Positions 9,135-18,132 of a stretch of 64,000 bases of DNA are shown here, in pieces. Position 1 is the stretch's first letter, and every line of letters starts with the position of its first letter. Below the pieces are notes generated by a model that was not told where the DNA came from, did not search any database, and saw only the letters and a program-made list of their open reading frames with translations. The stretch comes from a virus (lineage: Duplodnaviria > Caudoviricetes): positions 32,001-96,000 of the IMG/VR virus record IMGVR_UViG_3300021060_000011; one strand, 5' to 3'. The translations under genes and the position numbers were made by a program.

Positions 9135-9607
9135 GGTGCCCCTCCCACTTCCTCGCGGGCGGCTACGGGCTCGTCAGGCTGATCCTGATACTTGCCGCGA
9201 TAGACGGCCTCGACAGGCGCGGCGAGTTGGTGGAAGAGCACTTGAGCAATCGGGTCGCCAGCCGCGATGAACAGCGTCTCGCTACCCTGGTTGGCTAGCT
9301 CAACGGTTAGCCATCCGGCCCAGCCGGCTTCAATCACCGTATTGTAGACCGACAACCCACGCCGCGCCCACGTGCTCTTGTCGTGCACGATGCCAATGAC
9401 ATCGTTCGGCATGATGAACCGCTCGACGGTCGAGACAAGAGCAAACCCGTGCGGCGGCAACACAACCTGTTGCTTGCATCGAACGTCGTAGCCAGCGCCG
9501 GATAGACCGAACGACATACCATGCTGAACCGTGCGCTCAACGAACGGCTCGACAATGTGCTGGCCGTCCGTGCGGATCGCGCGAAGCATGTGATCGGGGA
9601 GGATCAT
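9131..9607 (-). CDS. dcd: dCTP deaminase (trimeric dUTPase superfamily)
   Basis: GLSGAGYDVR, KSTWARRG, NTVIEAGWAGWLTVEL, YRGKYQDQ. Confidence 0.88.
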   Translation of the reverse strand: MILPDHMLRAIRTDGQHIVEPFVERTVQHGMSFGLSGAGYDVRCKQQVVLPPHGFALVSTVERFIMPNDVIGIVHDKSTWARRGLSVYNTVIEAGWAGWLTVELANQGSETLFIAAGDPIAQVLFHQLAAPVEAVYRGKYQDQPDEPVAAREEVGGAP

Positions 9608-9798
9608 TCCGCATCCTGAATGCTGAGACGAGGGAGGGTGACGGGTGCGCGCTCGGTCTGCGCCTCGTAGGACGCGACCTGATGGGCGATGCGCTGCCGG
9701 CGGCGGCTCTTTGCGGCGATCCGCTCGCGCTCGGCCAACGAAACCTTGTCTTGGCCGAACCGCTTCTTGTTCGGGTTCGTAGGCGTAAAGGCGGTCAC
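9604..9798 (-). CDS. Hypothetical protein
   Basis: Packed ORF ending VTLPRLS. Confidence 0.5.
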   Translation of the reverse strand: MTAFTPTNPNKKRFGQDKVSLAERERIAAKSRRRQRIAHQVASYEAQTERAPVTLPRLSIQDAE

Positions 9799-10211
9799 TT
9801 CGCGCTTCCCGCCTGCATCGCGGCGTGAAGCGCCTGCGCGGACGCTAGGACCGCTTGGACCTGACCCACCAGCTTCGGATCTTCAGGACCACGAAGCTGA
9901 CGAACCATTTCCAACTTGGCGTTGAGCGCGGCAATTTCGTTCTCCAAGTCCTGAATGGCATAGGCTGCGAGTTGGTCGCGGATACCCTGATCCAACTTCT
10001 TCAGGCGATCACGAGCAAGGTTGTAGAGCGTGCCGGGCGCGAGCCCGACCTTGCTTGCCAGACGGGCGCGCGCCGTCTGTCTTCCTGTCCCAAGGCGACG
10101 CTGAAGACGCTCCTCGCAATCCTCGGCGACCGTTCGCCAAGCCCCCATTGAATACGACGCGTTCACGCGACGGCTCCTTGGATGAGATGTCCCATTTTTG
10201 TGGATGCGCAT
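9795..10211 (-). CDS. HTH-containing hypothetical protein (CII-like candidate)
   Basis: ARARLASKVGLAPGTLYNLARDRLK HTH-like segment. Confidence 0.55.
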   Translation of the reverse strand: MRIHKNGTSHPRSRRVNASYSMGAWRTVAEDCEERLQRRLGTGRQTARARLASKVGLAPGTLYNLARDRLKKLDQGIRDQLAAYAIQDLENEIAALNAKLEMVRQLRGPEDPKLVGQVQAVLASAQALHAAMQAGSAK

Positions 10212-10476
10212 GACACCGGCTCCATGGTCGATTGGTCCTCGACCGAGGGAGACGTGACGCCGTGTCGAACAGAAAGGATCTCAGACGCGGTACGCTGGAA
10301 CTTGAAGAGATCACCGCCGACGCTTCGTGGTTGGAGCACGTCGAGCGGGTACGAGAGAGCGGGCGACGCTACCGGCCGGCAAGCCATGGCAATCGCCCGT
10401 CGTTGACGGAGCGACCGACCGCACCCGGCAAGGTGCGGCGGACGCCCGAACAGTTGAAACTGGATCTTCGGGCCGC

Positions 10477-11250
10477 TCATTTGGCGGTCCTCTCCGGCCA
10501 ATTGAGCTTCCACAAAAGCCGCGCGATCTTGAGCGCGGGCGAGGTCGGGTCGATCTCAAGCGCCTTGATGGCCCGATCAACCCGCCTCACCCCATAGAGG
10601 CAACTCGTGTGGTCGAAGCCGCCCAACTCGCGCGCCATCGTCAGGTATGACACGGCGGGGATTTCACGGCGGATCAGCCAGAACAGAATATGCCGGGCGC
10701 GGCCGAGCCGGGTTGATCCCTTGTGGTGATGCGCTGCCGGCCTGCCGAGCTGTATCCAGCTCAGTTTTGTGACGTCCTCAACGAGACGGACGATGTGGTC
10801 GATCGACTTGCGTGGGCGAGCACGCTCCCGAAGCGTCCGCGAGATGAGCGTCCGCGACACGCCATGACAAAGCCCGAAGTGCCGATCGATATCCGCAAAG
10901 GAATATCCCGCTTGGAAACGCTTCATCATTGCTTCTCTTGGAAGCGTCGGGGTGTGGCGTCCGATCTTGAAGCCGCTCGGCGGTGGCGGGATATCGTTCG
11001 CGTAGCGACTAACCGTGTGCCGGTCGCACCCAAGCTCTTTAGCGATGTCGCGATACGATCCCCCTGCGGCCCGCTTCTCCCGCATTTTCGCAATCAGGGG
11101 ACGCGTGGCCCGAAAAGTGATCTTGCGCTTTGGCTTGATCTCGGGGGCGGGAAGCGCGACTGGCGCCCAAACCCGCTTGTTGATGGCGGCATAGTGCGCC
11201 AGCAAATCACAGGGATTATCAAAGTTTTTCACAGGCAGCGGAGCGACCAT
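10477..11250 (-). CDS. HTH protein with C-terminal DnaA domain IV-like region
   Basis: SYRDIAKELGCDRHTVSRY HTH; RARHILFWLIRR...SYLTMARELGGFDHTSCLYGVRRV resembles Bac_DnaA_C. Confidence 0.7.
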   Translation of the reverse strand: MVAPLPVKNFDNPCDLLAHYAAINKRVWAPVALPAPEIKPKRKITFRATRPLIAKMREKRAAGGSYRDIAKELGCDRHTVSRYANDIPPPPSGFKIGRHTPTLPREAMMKRFQAGYSFADIDRHFGLCHGVSRTLISRTLRERARPRKSIDHIVRLVEDVTKLSWIQLGRPAAHHHKGSTRLGRARHILFWLIRREIPAVSYLTMARELGGFDHTSCLYGVRRVDRAIKALEIDPTSPALKIARLLWKLNWPERTAK

Positions 11251-11253
11251 GAC

Positions 11254-11562
11254 CTAAGCCCCCATCTGGAGGGCTTCGGCCTTGGCGGCGCGCGCCAACC
11301 GAGCCGCGTGGATATCCCCGTAGAGCCGGCAGTTGTCGAAGTAGTCGGCGCGGAGATCGCTAGGAACCCAAGGCGGAATGCGAGGGCTTCTTGCCTGAGG
11401 CGACAGCGATCCACGTGTATCGACCACCACACCTTCGGCCAGCATCCGCTGAACCGCAGATCGGCTGATGCCAGCCTCTTCGCCGATGACGCGGAGGATC
11501 TTCCCTTGATCCAGGCCCGTCTGGACGGCTTGGATAATCTCTTGCGAGCGTGGAGCGGCCAT
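11254..11562 (-). CDS. HTH hypothetical protein
   Basis: LRVIGEEAGISRSAVQRML. Confidence 0.55.
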   Translation of the reverse strand: MAAPRSQEIIQAVQTGLDQGKILRVIGEEAGISRSAVQRMLAEGVVVDTRGSLSPQARSPRIPPWVPSDLRADYFDNCRLYGDIHAARLARAAKAEALQMGA

Positions 11563-11565
11563 CGT

Positions 11566-11811
11566 TCAGCCCCACACCAGAGCGCGGGCAACGCCGCCGA
11601 TGTAGGCCCACGGCGCGGCCACGAGGGCGATCACGCCCGCACGGAGGAAGCAGTCCTCGGCAGAAGCATACTCAAACGCGGGCGCCTCAACCTCGAAAGC
11701 GACGGCCGACCAGTCAGACAGCCGGCCGTCAAAGTCAGGGAGGACGCCCGTGAGGGCCTCGGGAGCGCCGTAGCGCGAAGGGAAATGAGTGGTCGTGCCA
11801 GCGGACTGCAT
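11566..11811 (-). CDS. Hypothetical membrane protein
   Basis: C-terminal hydrophobic segment; packed in operon. Confidence 0.5.
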   Translation of the reverse strand: MQSAGTTTHFPSRYGAPEALTGVLPDFDGRLSDWSAVAFEVEAPAFEYASAEDCFLRAGVIALVAAPWAYIGGVARALVWG

Positions 11812-12183
11812 CTAGCCGGTTCCTTCAATGTGCGTGGAACGGACGCGAGCCCAATCAATCGGCTCGTCAGACTTGGCACGGTCGCTGCTACGCGCCTGCA
11901 CGTGCACGGGATCGTTGGCTTCGATCTCAGCAGCTTCGTCGGCCATGCCCAGCGTGCTCAGGTACAGGGCGACCAACGAATTATGCTCGGCACGCTTGGC
12001 CGGGTCTTTGCGGCGGATACCGAGAACGGACTTGATCGCGGCCACGTCGAAGCCGTTGCCCTTCGCCTCCGCGAAAAGCTCCTTCTTGTCAGTGTTCAGA
12101 CCAGCGATCTCTTCATCAAGGCGCTCGGCGCGCTCAATGTAGCTTCGGAGCTGACCGGCGGAATTGCTCGCCGCGTCGCTCAT
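11812..12183 (-). CDS. DUF2312/UPF0335 GapR-like nucleoid-associated protein
   Basis: QLRSYIERAERLDEE...KELFAEAKGNGFDVAAIKSVLGIRR...LYLSTLGM. Confidence 0.88.
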   Translation of the reverse strand: MSDAASNSAGQLRSYIERAERLDEEIAGLNTDKKELFAEAKGNGFDVAAIKSVLGIRRKDPAKRAEHNSLVALYLSTLGMADEAAEIEANDPVHVQARSSDRAKSDEPIDWARVRSTHIEGTG

Positions 12184-12593
12184 GCAGAAGCACCAGCCAT
12201 GTACGCAGCAACAACGGCTTTGCGGACGTGCGCAGGGCGCTTACCCTTGCCGGCAGCAATGATTTCAGGCGCATTGTTACGCGTCCAGTTCCAGGCATTC
12301 GTCTCGCTGCCGACGAAGCCCTCAACGGACGACCACGCGTCAGCCACATCCCGCCAAGTACCACCAGCGGCGCGAACCTTCTTGGTCAGGGATGCACGAT
12401 GAGAAAAGTCGCTCCACCGGGTTCCGGCCGGGCTCGTGATCCCCGCCTCTTTCGCCCACTTTCCGACCGTATTTTTGCTGACGCCGGTCTGTTCAGCGGT
12501 CTGATTGAACGAGTAGCCGGAGCGGACAAGCTCAAGAACTTCCTTCTGCTGACGGACGCGGCGCATCAACGAGGTTTCGACAAGCTTCGACAT
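12180..12593 (-). CDS. HTH hypothetical protein
   Basis: GYSFNQTAEQTGVSKNTVGKW. Confidence 0.6.
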   Translation of the reverse strand: MSKLVETSLMRRVRQQKEVLELVRSGYSFNQTAEQTGVSKNTVGKWAKEAGITSPAGTRWSDFSHRASLTKKVRAAGGTWRDVADAWSSVEGFVGSETNAWNWTRNNAPEIIAAGKGKRPAHVRKAVVAAYMAGASA

Positions 12594-12595
12594 GC

Positions 12596-12865
12596 TCAGG
12601 CTCCGGATAGAGTGACAGTATTGGGAAGGTCGGCATCACGGCAGGGGCGCGCTAATTGGTTCGGGCGCGCAGCATGAGCAGCCACCAACTCGGCGTAGGT
12701 GATCGCCTTGCCCTTCGGCTTCGCCGCCATCAGAGCTGGCCAGTACCGAACCGGGATCGAGCCGCGCCGCTTCATGGCGGCGGCATGCTCAGTCGGCTTT
12801 CCAATCGCCCGACCCACGTTGGCCGGACCGTCGAAACGCTCAAAGATGGCTGAAACCGTGCTCAT
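12596..12865 (-). CDS. cro: Cro-like repressor
   Basis: Short HTH divergent from cI; MKRRGSIPVRYW motif. Confidence 0.75.
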   Translation of the reverse strand: MSTVSAIFERFDGPANVGRAIGKPTEHAAAMKRRGSIPVRYWPALMAAKPKGKAITYAELVAAHAARPNQLARPCRDADLPNTVTLSGA

Positions 12866-12877
12866 GGGTTTGCACGC

Positions 12878-12918
12878 TACGAAACGTATCGCGTTCAGTC
12901 AAGACGAAACGTATCGCG
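12878..12918. promoter_or_regulatory. OR-like operators (two copies of acgaaacgtatcgcg)
   Basis: Direct repeats at 12879-12893 and 12904-12918 between cro and cI; TTGACT (minus strand) between them. Confidence 0.8.
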
Positions 12919-12938
12919 GAATATGTTTTCGAGATCGA

Positions 12939-13688
12939 ATGACCGAACCGAACGAGCGCCTACAAATTGCCAGATCGCGCGCTGGCTACGCCGACGCGAC
13001 GAGCGCCGCAAAAGCGTTCGGATGGAACGACGTCACCTATCGCGCGCATGAGTCCTCCGGCCGTGGAATTCGCAGGACGGTCGCGGAAAAGTACGCCAAG
13101 GCATTTAGAGTGAGTCCAGCTTGGCTCATGCATGGCGAGGGCGAAGGACCTTCGTCTGACCCAAGCTCGAAATCTGAAGTGCACCCATCGGACATGAAGG
13201 TAGCAGCAATTCGGGTTGCTGGCACAACAGAGGCTGGGGCATTCCGCGAGGTGGATCAGTACGACGACGCCGGTGACGGCGAGTACGTTTTTGATGAGCA
13301 GGACGCCGAATTTCCACGCGCTCGAATGATGGCTTTCGACGTGGCTGGCGACTCAATGAACGAGGCCGACCCACCGATCCTACCGGGCGCTAGAGTTGTT
13401 TGTGTGGACTTCGGAGATACCGGGCTCCCGCTGATTGATGGGATGCTCGTTGTCATTGAGCGCGTCCAAGACGGCGGCCATCGGCGGGAATGGTCTATCA
13501 AGGAGGTCGAGGCCCTTGAGGATCGCACCGTCTTCCATCCGCGTTCATCGAACAAGAAGCACAAGCCCATCGTCATGTGGGACGATCCTGACAGGGAGCC
13601 AGGCGAGAGCGCCGAGGTGATCGCGCTCGTGCGGAGCGTGATTTACGGCGTCGCAAGCGGCCGGCGTCGGAACCCAAGGAAACGCTAA
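12939..13688 (+). CDS. cI: CI-like repressor (XRE HTH plus S24 peptidase)
   Basis: N-terminal HTH, Ala-Gly site (TEAG), catalytic Ser (GDSM) and Lys (SIK). Confidence 0.88.
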   Translation: MTEPNERLQIARSRAGYADATSAAKAFGWNDVTYRAHESSGRGIRRTVAEKYAKAFRVSPAWLMHGEGEGPSSDPSSKSEVHPSDMKVAAIRVAGTTEAGAFREVDQYDDAGDGEYVFDEQDAEFPRARMMAFDVAGDSMNEADPPILPGARVVCVDFGDTGLPLIDGMLVVIERVQDGGHRREWSIKEVEALEDRTVFHPRSSNKKHKPIVMWDDPDREPGESAEVIALVRSVIYGVASGRRRNPRKR

Positions 13689-13754
13689 CCTCAGCCGCCT
13701 AGCGCCCCGGTTATCCACTGTGTCTGCATTGCAACTCGACAAGCGCGGCAATGA

Positions 13755-13769
13755 GAACAGAATGAGAAC
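13755..13769 (+). promoter_or_regulatory. Alphaproteobacterial LexA box
   Basis: GAAC-agaatga-GAAC just upstream of the 13785 ORF. Confidence 0.75.
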
Positions 13770-13784
13770 AAACGGGGGGGCATC

Positions 13785-14018
13785 ATGCGCGCTGTGTCGG
13801 GTGGCGAGATCGTGGCTAAGTTTCGTTTGAGCATGCGGTGTCACAACTGCCGGGCCAAAACGGCTAGCGTCGTTGAGGTGCCTGATGCGGATGGCGCTCC
13901 CACCGACGTGGACGACCTACTATCCAGCGCATTCCTGGCTCGCATCCCATTCCGCTGCGGAAAGTGCGAAAACCCAATTATGACGATCCTAAGCGTCAGC
14001 CCGCTACCGCTTCACTAA
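13785..14018 (+). CDS. Small zinc-ribbon protein, probably SOS-inducible
   Basis: CHNC...CGKC; G-rich RBS; LexA box. Confidence 0.65.
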   Translation: MRAVSGGEIVAKFRLSMRCHNCRAKTASVVEVPDADGAPTDVDDLLSSAFLARIPFRCGKCENPIMTILSVSPLPLH

Positions 14019-14032
14019 AAAAATCCTGCCCA

Positions 14033-14071
14033 CGATACGTTTCGTATTGACGTGATCCGATACGTTTCGTA
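14033..14071 (+). promoter_or_regulatory. OL-like operators flanking the PL-like -35
   Basis: cgatacgtttcgta at 14033-14046 and 14058-14071 (reverse complement of the OR motif); TTGACG at 14047. Confidence 0.8.
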
Positions 14072-14107
14072 ACGTAACTCCATCGCCGAACGCGGTGGAG
14101 CCCTTCC

Positions 14108-14362
14108 ATGACATTCCATTCCCTGACAATTGCACCTGGTTACAGCGACTTTGCGCATCGTAAAGTTGCCCATCTGAAGCGTGCCGGTCTTGTCTCTGCG
14201 GGCAAGACGGGATTCGGCCAAAACGGCGGCGCATGTCCTGACTGGCTGCGCTCTGAGCAGGAAGCCGAAGCAAAACGGCACGAGAAGCGCGCGAACCGCC
14301 CCGTTGGCGTTCAGCCTGACATTGAATGGTTTCAGCCTGCCCACTCTGACGTGGCGGCCTGA
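14108..14362 (+). CDS. Hypothetical protein, first PL-operon gene
   Basis: GGAG RBS after the PL operators. Confidence 0.55.
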   Translation: MTFHSLTIAPGYSDFAHRKVAHLKRAGLVSAGKTGFGQNGGACPDWLRSEQEAEAKRHEKRANRPVGVQPDIEWFQPAHSDVAA

Positions 14363-14522
14363 GCTATGCGGGCCTATCTTCTCACTCTCCCACCCGATGA
14401 TGCGACTACTGTCTGCATCCTGACGGCCATGCTCGCGCCGGCATCTCTCGCCGTCGTCATGTTCGCATGGAGCCGCCTCGTGGCTCCGCGTTCCGTCTCC
14501 CCTCGTGTTGGGGGTTGAGACG

Positions 14523-14810
14523 ATGGCTGCGAAGCATACTCCGACGCCTTGGACCGCTGGAAACAGCGCCATCTTCGCCGGCAACAAGTGCATTGGCGTC
14601 ACCGACTGCGATAGCGTTTCGCGTAATATTGAGGCCGCCAACGCCGCCTTCATCGTCCGCGCCGTCAACAATCATGAGGCGCTGATGACCTTCGCTCAGA
14701 AGGTGATCAATGTTTCGGCCGGCGGCAAAGACACCGTCTCACTTCTAGTCAGCCTTCACGATCTAGCCGTCGAAGCTCTCAAGGTGGTTTCTGACGCGGA
14801 GGCCCTGTGA
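14523..14810 (+). CDS. Hypothetical phage protein
   Basis: KHTPTPW...ANAAFIVRAVN, a common phage early-gene motif. Confidence 0.7.
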   Translation: MAAKHTPTPWTAGNSAIFAGNKCIGVTDCDSVSRNIEAANAAFIVRAVNNHEALMTFAQKVINVSAGGKDTVSLLVSLHDLAVEALKVVSDAEAL

Positions 14811-15166
14811 TGCTGGCCCGCAATCCACTCGTTCAGACTGAAGCCTGGACCGATCTCGTAGACGGCCGCTCTGATCTCATCCGTGACGGCAAGCTTGTCG
14901 GTGGCATCTATCGCTACTTCGGCCGTTGGTATCCGCAGATCGTCCCGTCCGACGCTCATTCCCCGACGACCCGGCGCACTCTCGATAGCGCAGGCTACGA
15001 AAGCCGCCTCTCGGCGCAGATCCGCGTGGAAGACGCTGTGGCCGCCCTCAATGCCGACCCGAAGGTGCTCGACCCGCTTCTGAACGTTCGCCGCGTGGTC
15101 CTGCCCGGTGGTCCCGGCCGTGATCGGAACGACGAACACCGTCTCACCAAGAACCAGCTCGTTTAG
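14807..15166 (+). CDS. Hypothetical protein
   Basis: Overlapping GTGA start/stop. Confidence 0.6.
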   Translation: MMLARNPLVQTEAWTDLVDGRSDLIRDGKLVGGIYRYFGRWYPQIVPSDAHSPTTRRTLDSAGYESRLSAQIRVEDAVAALNADPKVLDPLLNVRRVVLPGGPGRDRNDEHRLTKNQLV

Positions 15167-15175
15167 GAGGCCGTC

Positions 15176-15664
15176 ATGGCAGCAAAGCTTTCGCTCGTTT
15201 CCAGTCCCATGACCGCAGCCGATGCGGCGAAGTCGTTCACCGCGTTCCGCGACATGGTTGGCCCCAAGGCCGATGTCTACGTGAGCCTCAATACGAGCCG
15301 TTACGGGCGGGAAACTGAGCCTTTGTCAATGTCGCTCTACAACCGTGGGAGCACCATGGACAAGCTCCTCTTCCGCGTCGATGCGAGCACCTTCGATGGC
15401 CTTCTTTCAGCCGCGCAGGCGAAGTGGGCCGAACACGAAGATCAGTATGCCATCGACACCATCAAGGCGATGGCGCTCGACATCATCCGCATCACCGACG
15501 AGCGCGGACATTGCTCCGATGCTGATCTGCGTGCCGGCGCCTTCGTGGATGACGAGGTGATCCGCTTCGGTGAGCAAGCCTGCGCCAAGGCTGCCGAGAT
15601 GGCAGCCAAGGGGCCGTTCAGCATCGTCGCCCTCGGTGGCTCTAATTGTGTGGGAGCCGCCTGA
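15176..15664 (+). CDS. Hypothetical protein
   Basis: AGGAGG RBS. Confidence 0.65.
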   Translation: MAAKLSLVSSPMTAADAAKSFTAFRDMVGPKADVYVSLNTSRYGRETEPLSMSLYNRGSTMDKLLFRVDASTFDGLLSAAQAKWAEHEDQYAIDTIKAMALDIIRITDERGHCSDADLRAGAFVDDEVIRFGEQACAKAAEMAAKGPFSIVALGGSNCVGAA

Positions 15665-15665
15665 C

Positions 15666-16244
15666 ATGAGCGCCGCACAGCAAGAGGTCGTGGTGGCCGA
15701 AGACGCGCCACGTCCGAAGGCCAAGGCCAAGCGCGCATTCGGCATCGTTCGTAACGCCGCGCTTGAACTGGAAGCCGCACAGGTTCTCCGCGATCAGATC
15801 GCCGATCTGGCCGGTGGGGACGAAGGCTTCATCCGCGACAGCTTGGAAGGCGAACTGGACCTCGACAGCCTCGTGGGCAAGCTCGTCGCCAGCATCGCCG
15901 AGGACGAGGCCCTTGCCGCTGGCCTGAAAGACCATTGCGAGGCTATGAACGCCCGGCTGCGACGCTTCACCGGGCGGGCCGACGACAAGCGCGCCCTACT
16001 CGTGAAGACGCTGGAGATTGCGGGTCGCCCCAGCATCGAGACGCCAGCCGGCACCGTGTCGATGCGCCCCGTGCCGCCGAAGGTGGTCGAGGCCGACGCC
16101 TCCGAAATCCCGTCCGAGTTCTGGACGCCCTCTCCGCCGAAGCTGGATCGCAAGGCGCTCCTCGAAGCCCTCAAGGCCGGACGCATCGTGCCCGGCGCCT
16201 CCCTCAGCAACGGCGGCCAGACCGTCGCCATCAAGAAGAGCTAG
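15666..16244 (+). CDS. Siphovirus Gp157-like protein
   Basis: DSLEGE, IPSEFW..PPKLDRKALLEALKAG..VPGASLSNG. Confidence 0.8.
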   Translation: MSAAQQEVVVAEDAPRPKAKAKRAFGIVRNAALELEAAQVLRDQIADLAGGDEGFIRDSLEGELDLDSLVGKLVASIAEDEALAAGLKDHCEAMNARLRRFTGRADDKRALLVKTLEIAGRPSIETPAGTVSMRPVPPKVVEADASEIPSEFWTPSPPKLDRKALLEALKAGRIVPGASLSNGGQTVAIKKS

Positions 16245-16247
16245 GCC

Positions 16248-17231
16248 ATGTCGAGCGTCAGCACCCTGCCGTCCGCCTCGTCCTTCGACGCGCGCCAGAT
16301 GGCCCTCATCCGCCGGACCGTCGCGGCCGACACGAACGACGATGAGTTCAACCAGTTTGCCTGGACGGCTCGTCACCTCAATCTCGATCCACTGCGTCGG
16401 CAGATCTATGCCTTCGTCTACAACAAGACGAACCCGTCGAAGCGGCGCATGTCGATCATCGTGGCCATCGACGGCTTCCGCACGATTGCCGACCGGACGG
16501 GCGCGTATCGTCCCGACGAGGACGAGCCGACCTTCGAGATCGACCCTGACCTGAAGGGGCCAGCGAACCCGGCCGGGCTGATCAAGGCGACCGTCCGTGT
16601 CTGGAAGTTCGCCCATGGTGCTTGGCACAAGGTCACGGCATCGGCCTACTGGGAGGAATACGCCCCCCTGACCCAACAGTGGTCGGAAGTCGTTCGCCGC
16701 GACACCGGGCAGACGTGGCCCGACGGAAAGCCGAAGTTCGACGTGCAGCCCGCCGAGGGCGCCAAGCAGATCTGGAAGCTCGACACGTCCGGCAACTGGG
16801 GGAAGATGCCCCGCCTCATGCTGGCGAAAGTCGCCGAGGCCCTGGCGCTGCGCAAGGCGTGGCCCGACGATCTCGGCAACGTCTATGCTGCCGAAGAGGT
16901 GGACCGGACACGCGTCGTAGACATGCTGCCGTCTGAGGCAGCGGCCGACGGCGCGGCGCAAGATCGCCTGGAGCGGATCGGCGCTGGCAAGGCCATCCTC
17001 ACGTCGTGGGAGCCGAACGCACCGCTGGAGAACGTCCCCGTGGGGCAGTTCGCGGATCGTGCCCTCGCCTTCCTTCGCCGGCATCGCGATGAGCCGTCCG
17101 CCATCGCCGGCTGGAAGGCCCGCAATACCGAGGGGCTTCGCTTGTTTTGGGGTCATGCCCCCGGCGATGCCCTGGAACTGAAAAAGGCCATCGAAAAAGC
17201 CCTATCCGAAGACGCGGAGGTGTCATCGTGA
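16248..17231 (+). CDS. bet: Bet/RecT-family single-strand annealing protein
   Basis: LDPLRRQIY, IDGFRTIADRTG, WGKMPRLMLAKVAEALALRKAWP. Confidence 0.9.
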   Translation: MSSVSTLPSASSFDARQMALIRRTVAADTNDDEFNQFAWTARHLNLDPLRRQIYAFVYNKTNPSKRRMSIIVAIDGFRTIADRTGAYRPDEDEPTFEIDPDLKGPANPAGLIKATVRVWKFAHGAWHKVTASAYWEEYAPLTQQWSEVVRRDTGQTWPDGKPKFDVQPAEGAKQIWKLDTSGNWGKMPRLMLAKVAEALALRKAWPDDLGNVYAAEEVDRTRVVDMLPSEAAADGAAQDRLERIGAGKAILTSWEPNAPLENVPVGQFADRALAFLRRHRDEPSAIAGWKARNTEGLRLFWGHAPGDALELKKAIEKALSEDAEVSS

Positions 17232-17650
17232 CCCGGCCGCACCTTTTCCTCACCGACCCTGAAGTTCGGCAGCGCGCAGTCCGCTGGATTATGGCCGCCC
17301 CTCACGGAATGCGCGTCGAGTTCCGCGAGCCGAAGCGTTCAGACGAGCAGAACCGGAAGCTTTGGGCATCCCTCAACGACGTGTCCAAGCAAGTCGAATG
17401 GTACGGCACGAAGCTGCCCCCAGAAGACTGGAAGGACATGTTTACAGCGTCCCTGCGGAAGGCCCGCCTTGTTCCCGGCATCGACGCTGGAACTTTCGTC
17501 CCGCTCGGCATGCGCACGTCCGACATGACGAAGAAGGAGATGAGCGATCTCCTTGAACTGATTATGGCTTTCGGCGCCGAGCGCGGCGTCACCTTCCACG
17601 ACGACGTTTCTCCGGCCGTTCTCTCCCGTGAAGCAGGAAGGGCGGCATGA
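17228..17650 (+). CDS. ninB: NinB-family recombination protein
   Basis: KRSDEQNRKLW..LNDVSKQVEWYG..EDWKDMF..RTSDM..EMSDLLELIMAFGAE. Confidence 0.88.
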   Translation: MTRPHLFLTDPEVRQRAVRWIMAAPHGMRVEFREPKRSDEQNRKLWASLNDVSKQVEWYGTKLPPEDWKDMFTASLRKARLVPGIDAGTFVPLGMRTSDMTKKEMSDLLELIMAFGAERGVTFHDDVSPAVLSREAGRAA

Positions 17651-18132
17651 AGCCCGAACCCCGCCGCGCCGTCCCTATGCGTGTCCAGCGCGATCTTGCG
17701 CTGAAGCTCGCGGGCGACCTGATGAAGAAGCTCGGCATGATCCCGGTGGAGATCAGCCCGGCCTTCGAACTGGATCATGTGCCGGCGCTGGCGTTGCGCG
17801 CCATCGGCCCGAACGGCCAGCACGTGCCCCACCAGCATGATCCCGCGCACCTCGTATGGATGACGAAGGAGGCGCACGCTGCCAAGACCTTCGGGACGGG
17901 CGCCACCACTCGCGGTGCTGATGCCGGAGACATCGCCCATCTTCGCAGACTAAACGCGAAGGAACTGGCGTTTCAGGCGCGGCTCATGGCGCGCGACACG
18001 GGCGAAGAACTTCCCATCACGAAGCGCAAAGTCACGATCCCAGCGCGGCCCAAGAAAGACCGTCGCCAACAGAACTCCGCCACCCGCCCTCTCTCCAAGC
18101 CCCCGGTTACCCGAAGGGATCTCCAGTCATGA
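17647..18132 (+). CDS. Degenerate HNH-like hypothetical protein
   Basis: ELDHVPAL...HAAKT. Confidence 0.5.
   Translation: MKPEPRRAVPMRVQRDLALKLAGDLMKKLGMIPVEISPAFELDHVPALALRAIGPNGQHVPHQHDPAHLVWMTKEAHAAKTFGTGATTRGADAGDIAHLRRLNAKELAFQARLMARDTGEELPITKRKVTIPARPKKDRRQQNSATRPLSKPPVTRRDLQS

Noticed and set aside
10723-12402. 559-aa plus-strand ORF
   Set aside because: Antisense shadow of several recognisable minus-strand genes; no motifs; expected in high-GC DNA.
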